The position numbers were made by a program, and so were the translations under genes. The notes beneath the pieces were generated by a model, which ran no database searches, was not told where the DNA came from, and saw only the letters and a list, made by a program, of their open reading frames with translations. 64,000 bases of DNA from positions 124,177 to 188,176 of the forward strand of contig CAYUPI010000004.1 of assembly GCA_964446585.1 (NCBI GenBank). Reading direction: 5' to 3'. The DNA is from an uncultured Verrucomicrobiota bacterium (GTDB lineage: Bacteria; Verrucomicrobiota; Verrucomicrobiia; Limisphaerales; UBA8199). Numbering within the stretch: position 1 is the first letter of the stretch; every line of letters starts with the position of its first letter. Below are positions 1-9,116 of the stretch, piece by piece.

Positions 1-42
1 CGCGTGACGGAAGCGGTTGAACTGAACGCGCAGGGGCGAATT

Positions 43-690
43 ATGCGAGCGCTGTCATATTTGCTGGTTTGGGCCGGGACGGTGTTGGGGTTGGGTGCCG
101 CCGAAACGCAAATTGAGCCAACACTTTCTCCGCAGGTACAAACTCAACGGGCAGGGATCTGGCAAAGCGGCGTGGGTGAAGGCTTCCAGCGAGACGCGGA
201 GTCGTTTTCTACTCAACTCGGGGCGGGCTTCGGACTCAAAGTGTTCGGGAGTGAGCAAGCTCACAATTTGGCACTGCTCAATTTGTCTTATGGCCATATC
301 TGGGGCCCTGTCCGGGCGCAGCAGCACTGGTTCCGCGGAAACACCGAAGTACGCGTCGAATTCTTCACTGGTGCCCAATACTCTCCCGGTCGCGAATGGC
401 TGGTAGGACTTACCCCTCATCTCCGGTACTGCTTTGCCACGGGGAGTCGCTGGGTGCCGTTTGTGGATGGCGGTGTCGGCGTCTCCGCGACGAGCATTGG
501 CCCGCCGGACCTCAGCAACACCTTTGAGTTCAATCTCCATGGCAGTGTGGGCTGTCACTGGTTTGTCAAAGAGAATGTCGCGCTGACTTTCGAAGCCAGG
601 TATTTCCACATGTCGTGCGCGGATATCAGCAAGCCCAATTTGGGGGTGAACTGTGTCATGGCCGTCGTAGGCTTGACCTGGTACTTCTGA
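43..690 (+). CDS. Outer-membrane beta-barrel, acyloxyacyl hydrolase / PagL (lipid A deacylase)-like
   Basis: Signal peptide from ATG 43 (ORF is open from 4); amphipathic beta strands; FEFNLHG and RYFHMSCA segments resemble PagL-family motifs; C-terminal aromatic TWYF typical of barrels. Confidence 0.7.
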   Translation: MRALSYLLVWAGTVLGLGAAETQIEPTLSPQVQTQRAGIWQSGVGEGFQRDAESFSTQLGAGFGLKVFGSEQAHNLALLNLSYGHIWGPVRAQQHWFRGNTEVRVEFFTGAQYSPGREWLVGLTPHLRYCFATGSRWVPFVDGGVGVSATSIGPPDLSNTFEFNLHGSVGCHWFVKENVALTFEARYFHMSCADISKPNLGVNCVMAVVGLTWYF

Positions 691-823
691 GCGCCGGCGC
701 TGAGAAGGTGTAAAAGGGCGGGAGCGCCGCTTTGACTAACTCCGTGGCGTCGCGTTTTTGGGTGACGTAAAACTGATTCCCAGGTAAAAAGGTGTAACAG
801 TGAACCCAATTCCTGGAAACCTT

Positions 824-1669
824 ATGACACTCCGATTTCAGGCCGCTTTGATCTTGTTGAATTGCTCTTTGGTGCTGTGCCTGCCGCTCTCAACCCTGGC
901 CCAGGGTAGCCTCACTCCGCCTGGCGCTCCTGCTCCAACGTTCAAGACGCTTTCCCAGGTCGAGCCCCGATTCCCAATCTCGGACTATCAGACCAATCTC
1001 ACGATTTCGGGCTCCTATTACCTCATCACCAATCTGTTTGCCGGAACGAACACTAACGACGGCATCAACATCAGGACCAATGTCCACGACATCACCATCG
1101 ACCTCAACGGGTTCTCTATCATCAATACCAATGGAGCCGGCCCCTCATCGCCGGTCGGCGTTCGTATTTCCGAGGGCACGAATGTGGTAATCCGCAATGG
1201 ACAGATCGAGGGCTTCGACCGCGGAGTCCGTGCCGAGGGCCTGTTCTATGGCGTCGTCGTGGATAACGTGCACATCCGCAACTGCCGCCGAGCGGGAATT
1301 GAAGCAAATGGCGTAGCTGGCGATGGCACCCAGACGATGACGATCCGCAATTGCATCGTCGAGGGCATGGATGGCACAGGCGAAGCGACCAGCCTTACGG
1401 TGGATGGTATCACCCTCCTCAACTGCCGCGCAGTTGTGCAGAACTGCGTTATCCGGGATATCGTTGCGGTCGGAACTGGAATAGCCAACTGCATAGACGC
1501 GGTAAGCCCCACCAACACATTCGTTGACAATAACCTCTTCTCAAATGCGGACGTCGGATTGAAGGTGACCGGCGGAGGCACCCGGGTTTATTATCGCAAT
1601 AATCTTGCTGCCGGAATCACCACACCCTTCAGTGTCACGGGCGGCGTGGACCGCGGCGGCAATTTCTAG
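824..1669 (+). CDS. Exported right-handed parallel beta-helix protein
   Basis: Signal peptide, then QGSLTPPGAPAPTFKTL, GSYYLITNL and IDLNGFSI, with repeated I.NC/V.N beta-helix rungs. In-frame GTG at 800 is an alternative start. Confidence 0.7.
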   Translation: MTLRFQAALILLNCSLVLCLPLSTLAQGSLTPPGAPAPTFKTLSQVEPRFPISDYQTNLTISGSYYLITNLFAGTNTNDGINIRTNVHDITIDLNGFSIINTNGAGPSSPVGVRISEGTNVVIRNGQIEGFDRGVRAEGLFYGVVVDNVHIRNCRRAGIEANGVAGDGTQTMTIRNCIVEGMDGTGEATSLTVDGITLLNCRAVVQNCVIRDIVAVGTGIANCIDAVSPTNTFVDNNLFSNADVGLKVTGGGTRVYYRNNLAAGITTPFSVTGGVDRGGNF

Positions 1670-1690
1670 TATTCGATTAATCGGTTTCTA

Positions 1691-2641
1691 ATGGCCAAAG
1701 AAGTGGAAATCGCTAATTCCGAAAGGGGCTGTCAAAGGGTGTTCGGATTTCAGATTTCCTTTGTCATTCGTCATTCGACATCCGTCATTCCTGTTGCTCT
1801 CGCCCTTTGTCTCCGGCCATGTTCCCTGCTGCCGGCAGCCACCAGCATCAACTCCACAAACAAATTCGCCTATGGCGCCAATCTCGGCTGGATCGATGCT
1901 CGGGGTGATACCAATCGCGGCGCGATCATTGGCGAATTCGTTTGTTCGGGCTTTCTGTATGCCGCAAACATAGGATGGATACATCTCGGCAGCAACGCGC
2001 CCGCCAACGGCATCCAGTACCAGAACAGCTCGGCCACCGATTACGGCGTCAACCACGACGGCCAGGGCAATCTTCGAGGGCTAGCGTACGGCGCCAACAT
2101 CGGTTGGATAAACTTTGAATCCAATGGCGCGCCCAAAGTGAATCTTCAAACGGGCAAACTCAGCGGCTCAATCTACGCTGCCAATTGCGGCTGGATTAGT
2201 CTGAGCAACGCCTTTGCCGTTGACGAAACCGACAGCATCCCCGGCGGCACAGACGCCAACGCAGACGGCCTGCCCGACGCCTGGGAGCGGCTCTATTTCG
2301 GCACTACTAGTGTCAATCCCGATGCCGATGCGGATGGCGACGGCCTGTCGAATAAGGAGGAGTACCTTGCCGGCACGAATCCGACGAACTCCCTGAGCAA
2401 ACTTGAAATCATCGCCTCGACCTTCGCTTCCGGAGGGACAAACGGCAGCCTCACCTGGAGCAGTGTTCCCACCCGCGGTTATTTTATTGAGAAAGCGCTT
2501 GATTTAAGTGCCCCTGTCTGGACGGATAGCGGCTTGGGCGAGATTTTCCCCACTGGGTCCACCACCACGCGCGCGTTCACGGACACGAGCGCCCTGATGC
2601 GATTCTATCGCGTGGAAGCCGTTCGGCCCCTTGCTCCGTAA
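1691..2641 (+). CDS. Exported protein with four (G/A)AN(I/L/C)GWI repeats, Ca-binding-like DxDxDG motifs and a C-terminal FYRV domain
   Basis: Repeats AYGANLGWI, LYAANIGWI, AYGANIGWI, IYAANCGWI; DANADGLPD and DADGDGLSNKEEYLAGTNP; ends RFYRVEAVRPLAP. The true start is probably downstream of 1691 because the first ~35 codons overlap a DNA repeat. Confidence 0.7.
   Translation: MAKEVEIANSERGCQRVFGFQISFVIRHSTSVIPVALALCLRPCSLLPAATSINSTNKFAYGANLGWIDARGDTNRGAIIGEFVCSGFLYAANIGWIHLGSNAPANGIQYQNSSATDYGVNHDGQGNLRGLAYGANIGWINFESNGAPKVNLQTGKLSGSIYAANCGWISLSNAFAVDETDSIPGGTDANADGLPDAWERLYFGTTSVNPDADADGDGLSNKEEYLAGTNPTNSLSKLEIIASTFASGGTNGSLTWSSVPTRGYFIEKALDLSAPVWTDSGLGEIFPTGSTTTRAFTDTSALMRFYRVEAVRPLAP
1741..1790. 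repeat. Degenerate 7-nt array (TCATTCG / TTCGGAT type)
   Basis: ttcggat-ttcagat-ttcc followed by gtcattc-gtcattc-gacatcc-gtcattc; same family as 8998-9116 and 27358-27478. Confidence 0.65.
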
Positions 2642-2670
2642 GCGTCCAGCTTCAGCTAACTCCGTTCCCT

Positions 2671-4860
2671 TCAGTATCGCAGCGTGACGACTTCGTGAAT
2701 GTCTTCGATTCGCAAGTCCACCTTGCTGCCGGACTTATGGAGTTCAGTGGACTTGTTGAAGGCGCGGGCGGTCCTGGGACGGTCGCGCAACGTGATCGTC
2801 GCGCGATAGATGGGGGTGTCTTCGATCAGGGCAGGTAACACGTAGGGACGGTTTTTCGCCGGCATGGTGTGGGGCGGCGAGTTGTATGCGATGAAATGGA
2901 CCCGCAGCGTTCGCGTGGCCGAGTCGTCCGTGACCACGGCTTCGACGTTTGCGGGAGCGATGATTTCAATGCGGGGCGTCGGATCAAGAAAGCGCACAGC
3001 GTTGCGCAGCAGTTTGCGTGTTTCGACGATGTGATGTTCGCTCGCCGTCGCAAAATCGGGAGAACCGGCCAACGTCAGCACTGTGCCTTCGCCGACTTTA
3101 TTAATCAGAATGGCTGGTCCGACAGCGGCCTCGGCGCTCATCGGCCATTCGGTGCCTTCTTTCCCCTGCTGCTGGCGCACGGTGCGATACGGTTTCATCA
3201 ACTCGCCGACCTGCAGGGCCGAGGTAGCTTCATAGACGACCGCCGGTCCTTTGACCAGAAACGGCCAATCGAGCCGTCCCTCGGGAGCAAACCGTTTCTC
3301 GTGACTCGATGATCGGGAGCCAGGAAAGCGCACCCAGTTATCAAGTGAGTCCAGCTTGCTAACGAAGCGCGCACCGATGAGCGATTCAATCGACGACTTG
3401 CTCTGGACTTTCCCCCACCGATCGCAGCAACCGCTCAAACCTGTCACGAGCAGTTTGCCGCCTTCGGTCACGTAGCGGCGGAGCAATTCGACTTCGATGT
3501 CCGAGAGGATTGCTACGCCCGACAGCATGACCATGGGAAACTGCTGAAGCGTGGGCAGCGTCACGTTTTCATCGAGAATGACACCCCAAGGGATGTGCTC
3601 ATAGACCAGCGCCTTGTGCGCGCCGAGGAAGCACTGAAAGTAGTCCTCCGGCTTTTCGCGCGCGACCCAATCGCGTGTGCGGCTGCTGAAGTAGAGGCCA
3701 ACCTCGGCAACGGGCTGTTGGCCGAAATGTTTCCTGCGCGCAAGCGCATCGGCGAACGCCTCGCCGATGCGCTCATAAGCGAGCGGATCCAGACCACCGT
3801 CAAAGGCCGTCTTGTCCACAACTGTCACAAAAGCCCCATGCGTCAGCAACCCGAGCAATTCCCAACGAAGATCCGCCAGCGGACGAACAGTCTGGTTGTG
3901 ATACACTCGCGCGTCACGGGAAATGGCCACTTGCACCGGGCGGCCCGGCGTGGCGGCGCGGTAGAACTCAGCATTCAGCCCGACTGTCAGGGCGCTGAAC
4001 CCCCACATGCCCGTTTCGCCGGTGACGAAGTCGGAGTTGCCGGCGTGGCGCACAGGCAACTGGCCCACCTCCCAGGAAAACGGCGGGTTCCCGTGGTAGT
4101 TGAAATCGACGGACGCGTTCGGATTCAGAGACTTGATGCGTGCATAGAGCGCCTTTTCGAAATGCTCGCTCGCCTGGTAGCGGAATTCGAGCATACGCTC
4201 CCAGTCCGCGTCCCATGTGACGCCCTTGGGCATTTGTTTCCCGAAATCTTTCTCGAACAGCGCCTGACAGTTCGTGCACCAGCAGCCGTACGGAGGGCCA
4301 AACCCTTGATCGAGCATGTCAATGTGAAAGCCGTCGATTCCGTATACGAGCTCCTCGGCGACGATTTGCTTCATCGCTTCGAGATAGCCGGAATTGAGGC
4401 AGAAGCGGCCGAGCGGCTTGCCGTCCGCGCCGTGCATTTCCCATTCTGGATGCGCTTTGAGGAAATGACCGCCCTGCTGCACGACGCAGTAGGCGAGGAG
4501 AGGGAGCCGATGTTGGCGCGCTTCTTCGACGGCCTCGCGCAACGGGTCGCGGCCGCCGAGACCGGGCGCTTTCGGCAGAAACTTTGAAACGTAGTACGCG
4601 TAATCGCCGTCACGCGCCCAAAGCACGAGGTATTCGCAGTGAGCAGCCACTGCCCGGCGGACGATCTCGCGGCCGTCGAATCGTGAGCAGTAGCGCGCAT
4701 CATTCGTGTCGCTGTAGCCGAACTGTGCGCCCGTCGGGCCAACCTCCATGCCGACTAGGCTTCGCTCGAACCAAGGCGTAGAGGCTGCGGCGTTCCCATG
4801 GAGGCTTACACTTAAGATCACAACTACTGTCAAAGCCGGATGAACGAAACGCCTGGTCAT
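2671..4860 (-). CDS. Exported glycoside hydrolase-like protein (GHL6 / alpha-L-fucosidase-like TIM barrel plus beta-galactosidase trimerisation-like domain)
   Basis: Signal peptide; YGIDGFHIDM barrel strand and CWCTNC motif; C-terminal class I glutamine amidotransferase-like segment (LLRRYVTEGGKLLVTG). Confidence 0.6.
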   Translation of the reverse strand: MTRRFVHPALTVVVILSVSLHGNAAASTPWFERSLVGMEVGPTGAQFGYSDTNDARYCSRFDGREIVRRAVAAHCEYLVLWARDGDYAYYVSKFLPKAPGLGGRDPLREAVEEARQHRLPLLAYCVVQQGGHFLKAHPEWEMHGADGKPLGRFCLNSGYLEAMKQIVAEELVYGIDGFHIDMLDQGFGPPYGCWCTNCQALFEKDFGKQMPKGVTWDADWERMLEFRYQASEHFEKALYARIKSLNPNASVDFNYHGNPPFSWEVGQLPVRHAGNSDFVTGETGMWGFSALTVGLNAEFYRAATPGRPVQVAISRDARVYHNQTVRPLADLRWELLGLLTHGAFVTVVDKTAFDGGLDPLAYERIGEAFADALARRKHFGQQPVAEVGLYFSSRTRDWVAREKPEDYFQCFLGAHKALVYEHIPWGVILDENVTLPTLQQFPMVMLSGVAILSDIEVELLRRYVTEGGKLLVTGLSGCCDRWGKVQSKSSIESLIGARFVSKLDSLDNWVRFPGSRSSSHEKRFAPEGRLDWPFLVKGPAVVYEATSALQVGELMKPYRTVRQQQGKEGTEWPMSAEAAVGPAILINKVGEGTVLTLAGSPDFATASEHHIVETRKLLRNAVRFLDPTPRIEIIAPANVEAVVTDDSATRTLRVHFIAYNSPPHTMPAKNRPYVLPALIEDTPIYRATITLRDRPRTARAFNKSTELHKSGSKVDLRIEDIHEVVTLRY

Positions 4861-5143
4861 ACTCGGTGAGTAAAGCCGAAATTGGATTTGGCTTCAACCA
4901 GCCCAAGCAAATGAGCGGAACGGGGCTTCGCCCCAGCCGCGCTCCCCTGTGACTGGTCCTGAACCGAGGTCTTTTATCCTTGCCATCCGCTTGTGTGCAT
5001 TCTATGACCACCCCTCCGAGCGAGCCTGGACCTCGGCGCGATGAAATATCTGAAACCTTCTTTGGCGCTCGCGAGTATTGATCAATCAGGGACCATCGCG
5101 TCTCGGAAAAACTGCAACCTGCAATATCAAACCAACCTAAAAC

Positions 5144-5359
5144 ATGAAACAAAGAATGTGGAAATGGGGAACTTTAACCACAGCCTTCGCCCTGATCAGT
5201 TGCTTGCTCTCGGGCTGCGCTTGGTCAATCGGCGAACACAAAGAACTTGGCATGCCTACCCGAGGCCAGGAGTTGATCGATCTGAAGAAAGCCCGGGATA
5301 GTGGCGCCATCACCGAGGAGGAGTATCAGGCGCAGAAGCAACGCGTTCTTGGGAAATAA
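5144..5359 (+). CDS. Small lipoprotein with SHOCT domain
   Basis: Lipobox LSGC; QELIDLKKARDSGAITEEEYQAQKQRVL matches the SHOCT pattern. Confidence 0.8.
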   Translation: MKQRMWKWGTLTTAFALISCLLSGCAWSIGEHKELGMPTRGQELIDLKKARDSGAITEEEYQAQKQRVLGK

Positions 5360-5848
5360 GGTCGCTCGAAACTAAGCAGGGCCGGCGTCCGTGGTGGTAG
5401 GCGGGCCCGGACTCGACTGGCTGGTCGAGATTTGACTGCGAGATGTGGTGAAGGAGTGTGCCCGTCCCCGGCCGCAGCGACTCCAAAAAGGCCGCATCGC
5501 TGTGACAATCTCACCGCGCACGCTTAGCCTGAAGTTGCTGCGCCCGGGGACGGGCGGACTCCGTCGCGTCCACTCAGGCATTACGACAGAACATTGCAGA
5601 ACACTTGCCTTAGTCAGCCCGATGTGGAATTCTCTGGTATTGTCGTTCGAAGCTTCCAAGAGCAAAAAAGGGTGAATGATTGGCAAAGCGCGTGTAGCTT
5701 TTGTCGCAGACTCTTGGCAGGGTCACGCAAGCTGAGGTCGTGTTGTGAACGTCGGTAACGACGATCTGATCGTGTCGACAGCTGCGGGCGCAGTCCCGGC
5801 GCTGGCCTCCTTTTCGCAGGCTCAAGACCGGCCGCGAGAGGCGCATCA

Positions 5849-6995
5849 AATGTCCAGCAACGGCTACCGGCGCAAACGTGGTCTTTTGGCATGGATTTCG
5901 TTTCTGCTGGTTCTCGGAATCATGTTCGCCCCGGTGATCGGTTGGGCGGCTCAGACTGCGCGAGCGCGCATGTATTGTTTCTCGCCGCGCTTTCAGCCCG
6001 CCTGGGACGACAGCGCCACGTTCACGCTTTACCTGAGCACGCTGCCGATTCTTGGCCAGGACAATGGAGAATTAGCACCTTATTTTTTCACTACGAACTT
6101 CACGCATGGCTGCTATCTCGATCTGACGGATTACGTGGGCGGCAAATACGACGGATGGATGGAACTAAATGTTCCAAACCTTCCTGACGCCAATGGAAAC
6201 ACCTACCCGGATTTCTTCGAGGTCTCGCAGCCGGTCAATGGCACAACCAACGGGATATACAGCATCCCTGGCCTGTCCAACGGCACGAGGGCGGTCAGCG
6301 CCTCAAGGGGGCGCAGCGCCGGTTCTCACCTTGGCACCTGCATTCTAACCTTCTATGACACCATTTACGGGAACCTGCAGTTTTCTCCGACTTTCGAATT
6401 GATCGAGTACACCGGCCCGCTGACTTACACTCCAGGCTCAAACGTTGTTTCCGGAGTCGCGAGCCTGACACAAACGGGAAATTCAGCCAACCAAATGCAG
6501 GGCCCGGTCCAATTCGTGAAGGTTTTCACGAACCGCTTTAACCTGTCGATCCTTCAGCCCGGCGCATGGACCAATAACGCTAACCAGACTATTACGTTTA
6601 CGAACGACTTGTACGAGCGATTGCCGGCTTGGCCGACAAATTATGGCGGTGACTTCGAGTTCGATGACTGGGATCCGAATACGGCTGATCCAGATTATTT
6701 GATCTGGGGCCTGTCGATCGATGACACGAATGATTTCAATCACAATGGGATTCCCGACTTCAGCGATAATCCCCCGGCGCGGCGTCCGTCACTCTCTTTG
6801 AAGCTAAACTCGACAAATCTCTTAATCACCATCCATGGCGACGTGGGCCACCCGCATCAGATCCAGGAGAGCCTCGCGCTGCCGGCCACGAATTGGCAGA
6901 CGGTCGCCTCCGTCACCTTGACCAACGACCCTCAACTTGTCTCTGTCGCTCTGCCCGCAACGCGGGTGAAGTACTGGAGAGTGCAGGCGCAGTGA
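5849..6995 (+). CDS. Exported hypothetical protein with DxNxNGxPD motifs and C-terminal YWRV domain
   Basis: Hydrophobic N-terminal segment; DANGNTYPDFF and DFNHNGIPDF; ends VKYWRVQAQ. Start uncertain (ORF open from 5745). Confidence 0.65.
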
Positions 6996-7028
6996 GCCAA
7001 TTGGGTCGGGCTATTCTAGGACTCGCGG

Positions 7029-8549
7029 TTATGGCTGCGATTTCGTCTCCCGGTGCCAGATGTCACCTTCGCCGAAACTGAACCAGCGGGTAGTAGTGAC
7101 TTTTTGCTGAGTGAAAAAGTGGACGCCTTCTTTGCCTTGCATGTGGAGGTCGCCGAAGAAGGACTCGTTCCACCCATTGAACGGGAACCAGGCCATGGAG
7201 GCCGGGACGCCAATGTTGATTCCGACCATGCCGCACTGGATGCGGTGCTTGAATTCGCGGGCGGCCTTGCCCGAACGCGTGAAGATCGAAGCGCCGTTGC
7301 CGTAAGGCGAGCGGTTGGCCTGCTCGATCGCAGCGTCCAGATCGTCAAAGCGCATGACATTGAGGACCGGTCCGAAGATTTCCTCCTTGGCAACTGTCAT
7401 GCCGCTTTGGACTTCGTCAAGGATTGTTGCGCCAAGAAAGAAACCGTTGGGAGCGCCAGCCACTTTCACCCCGCGGCCATCCGCGGCGATTTTGGCGCCT
7501 TCTTTGGAGCCGATTTCGATGAGTTGCGCGACGCGGTCGCGGTGCTGCCGCGTGATGACCGGTCCCATGTGCGGCTGGGCTTCGATATCGGTGCGGCCCA
7601 CCTTGATTGCGCGAGCAGCTTCGACGAGCGACGGCAAGACCTTCTTGGCCGCGTCACCGATGACCACTGCAGTCGAGGCCGCCATGCAGCGTTCGCCGGC
7701 GCAGCCGTAAGCGCCTTCGATGACACCGCGAACTGAGTTTTCGATGTCGGCATCGGGCATGAGAAAAACGAAGTTCTTAGCTCCGCCGTTGGATTGGACT
7801 CGCTTGCCATTTTTGGTGCCCGTTTCGAAAATGTGCCGGGCAACGGGTGTTGAGCCGACGAAGGAGACGGCTTTTACCTCAGGGTGAGTCAGCAAGGCAT
7901 CCACACATTCGCGGCCGCCGTGGACAACGTTCAACACGCCTTTGGGCAGGCCGGCCTGTTCGAGCAACCTGGCGATCTTAAGGGCGGTCAGGGGCACCTT
8001 CTCGCTCGGTTTCAGCACGAAAGTATTGCCGCAAACAATGGCGGTGGGGTACATCCACAAGGGCACCATAGCGGGAAAATTGAAGGGCGTGATGCCCACG
8101 CAAACTCCGAGGGGCTGGCGGATGGTGTCGCAATCGATTCCACGAGCTATGTTCTCGATGCTCTCGCCCATCAAAAGCGACGGAATGCCGCAGGCGAACT
8201 CGACCATCTCGATTCCGCGCCGCACGTCGCCACGCGATTCTACCAGCGTTTTGCCGTGCTCGCGTGTGTTGCAGCGAACGAGCTCCTCGAAGTTTTCCTC
8301 CAGCAGAGTCTTGAAGCGGAAGAATACGCGGGCGCGCTCAGTCGGGGGCGTCTCCCACCAGGCGGGAAACGCGGCGGCGGCGGCTTCGACGGCCTCATTG
8401 ACGTGGCCGGCGGCGCACATGGGAGTTTCGGCGATCACGTCACCTGTGGAAGGGTTGTGAACCGGGGTTGTCGCCACGCCGTTTACCTGGCGCCATTCAC
8501 CGCCAAATGAAACGGGGCAAGGTTCGAGAATTGTTGCAGTGGAAGACAT
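7029..8549 (-). CDS. mmsA: CoA-acylating (methyl)malonate-semialdehyde dehydrogenase
   Basis: ITPFNFPAMVPLW, LKPSEK, SFVGST, GGAKN, GCAGERCMA with catalytic Cys, EEIFGPV, VGINIGVP. Confidence 0.92.
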   Translation of the reverse strand: MSSTATILEPCPVSFGGEWRQVNGVATTPVHNPSTGDVIAETPMCAAGHVNEAVEAAAAAFPAWWETPPTERARVFFRFKTLLEENFEELVRCNTREHGKTLVESRGDVRRGIEMVEFACGIPSLLMGESIENIARGIDCDTIRQPLGVCVGITPFNFPAMVPLWMYPTAIVCGNTFVLKPSEKVPLTALKIARLLEQAGLPKGVLNVVHGGRECVDALLTHPEVKAVSFVGSTPVARHIFETGTKNGKRVQSNGGAKNFVFLMPDADIENSVRGVIEGAYGCAGERCMAASTAVVIGDAAKKVLPSLVEAARAIKVGRTDIEAQPHMGPVITRQHRDRVAQLIEIGSKEGAKIAADGRGVKVAGAPNGFFLGATILDEVQSGMTVAKEEIFGPVLNVMRFDDLDAAIEQANRSPYGNGASIFTRSGKAAREFKHRIQCGMVGINIGVPASMAWFPFNGWNESFFGDLHMQGKEGVHFFTQQKVTTTRWFSFGEGDIWHRETKSQP

Positions 8550-8587
8550 AAATTTGGTGCGTGAGAGAATGACAAAATTGCTTCAGG

Positions 8588-8998
8588 TCATCGGGTCAGG
8601 CCGGTCGAAGGCTTCCAATCTTTATCTTTGATTTCGATCAGATAGCAGCCTGCATTATTTCCCATCAAATTCTCGGCATTGTGCTGTTCGGGCGGTGCCC
8701 AGCCCATTTCGCCGGCTTTAGCGTTCTCGAACGTTTCTTTCCCGTCCGGCGTGATGATCCGGAGCTTGGCATCGGTCAGCATGATATAAAGATGCGCCGG
8801 ATGCGTGTGCATACCAAATCCGCAAACGTCCTTCTCCGAACCCGTGTGGCACTCAATCACTCGAATCTTATCATTTTCGAAGGCGACCTTGTAAACTGCA
8901 GGTCCGTTCGAATTTGCTGCACTGCGCGGGGTATGACATCCTGCACAAACCAGGGCTAGAGCAGTGGCCGCGGCCATGACGGATGAGGCTTGACGCAT
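8588..8998 (-). CDS. Cupin-domain lipoprotein, BauB-like
   Basis: Start at ATG 8998; signal peptide with LVCAGC lipobox; cupin His motifs HTHP and EQHN; overall pattern ENDKIRVIE...LIEIK. Confidence 0.7.
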   Translation of the reverse strand: MRQASSVMAAATALALVCAGCHTPRSAANSNGPAVYKVAFENDKIRVIECHTGSEKDVCGFGMHTHPAHLYIMLTDAKLRIITPDGKETFENAKAGEMGWAPPEQHNAENLMGNNAGCYLIEIKDKDWKPSTGLTR

Positions 8999-9116
8999 GA
9001 AGCATGAATTCCGAAAAGCCAATGCCGAAAAATCTGACCAACGGCGTCCCTCTGGGTGTTGGAGTTTTGGCTTCGTTATTCCTTCGTCATTGGTCATTCG
9101 GATTTCGTCATTCATA
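8998..9116. repeat. Gene-less degenerate heptamer array with inverted arms (AATGACG type)
   Basis: Minus strand reads gaatgac-gaaatcc-gaatgac-caatgac-gaaggaa-taacgaa... and ends in a complementary-type arm (ttttcggcattggcttttcggaattc). It fills the gap between the preA stop and the cupin start. Confidence 0.7.

Noticed and set aside
5360-5848. Possible riboswitch or small ORFs (5372-5686 minus, 5445-5675 plus) in a long intergenic region
   Set aside because: No convincing match to riboswitch consensus by eye (only a short ggtcacgca resemblance to c-di-GMP-I); ORFs have no recognisable motifs. An Rfam covariance search would settle it.
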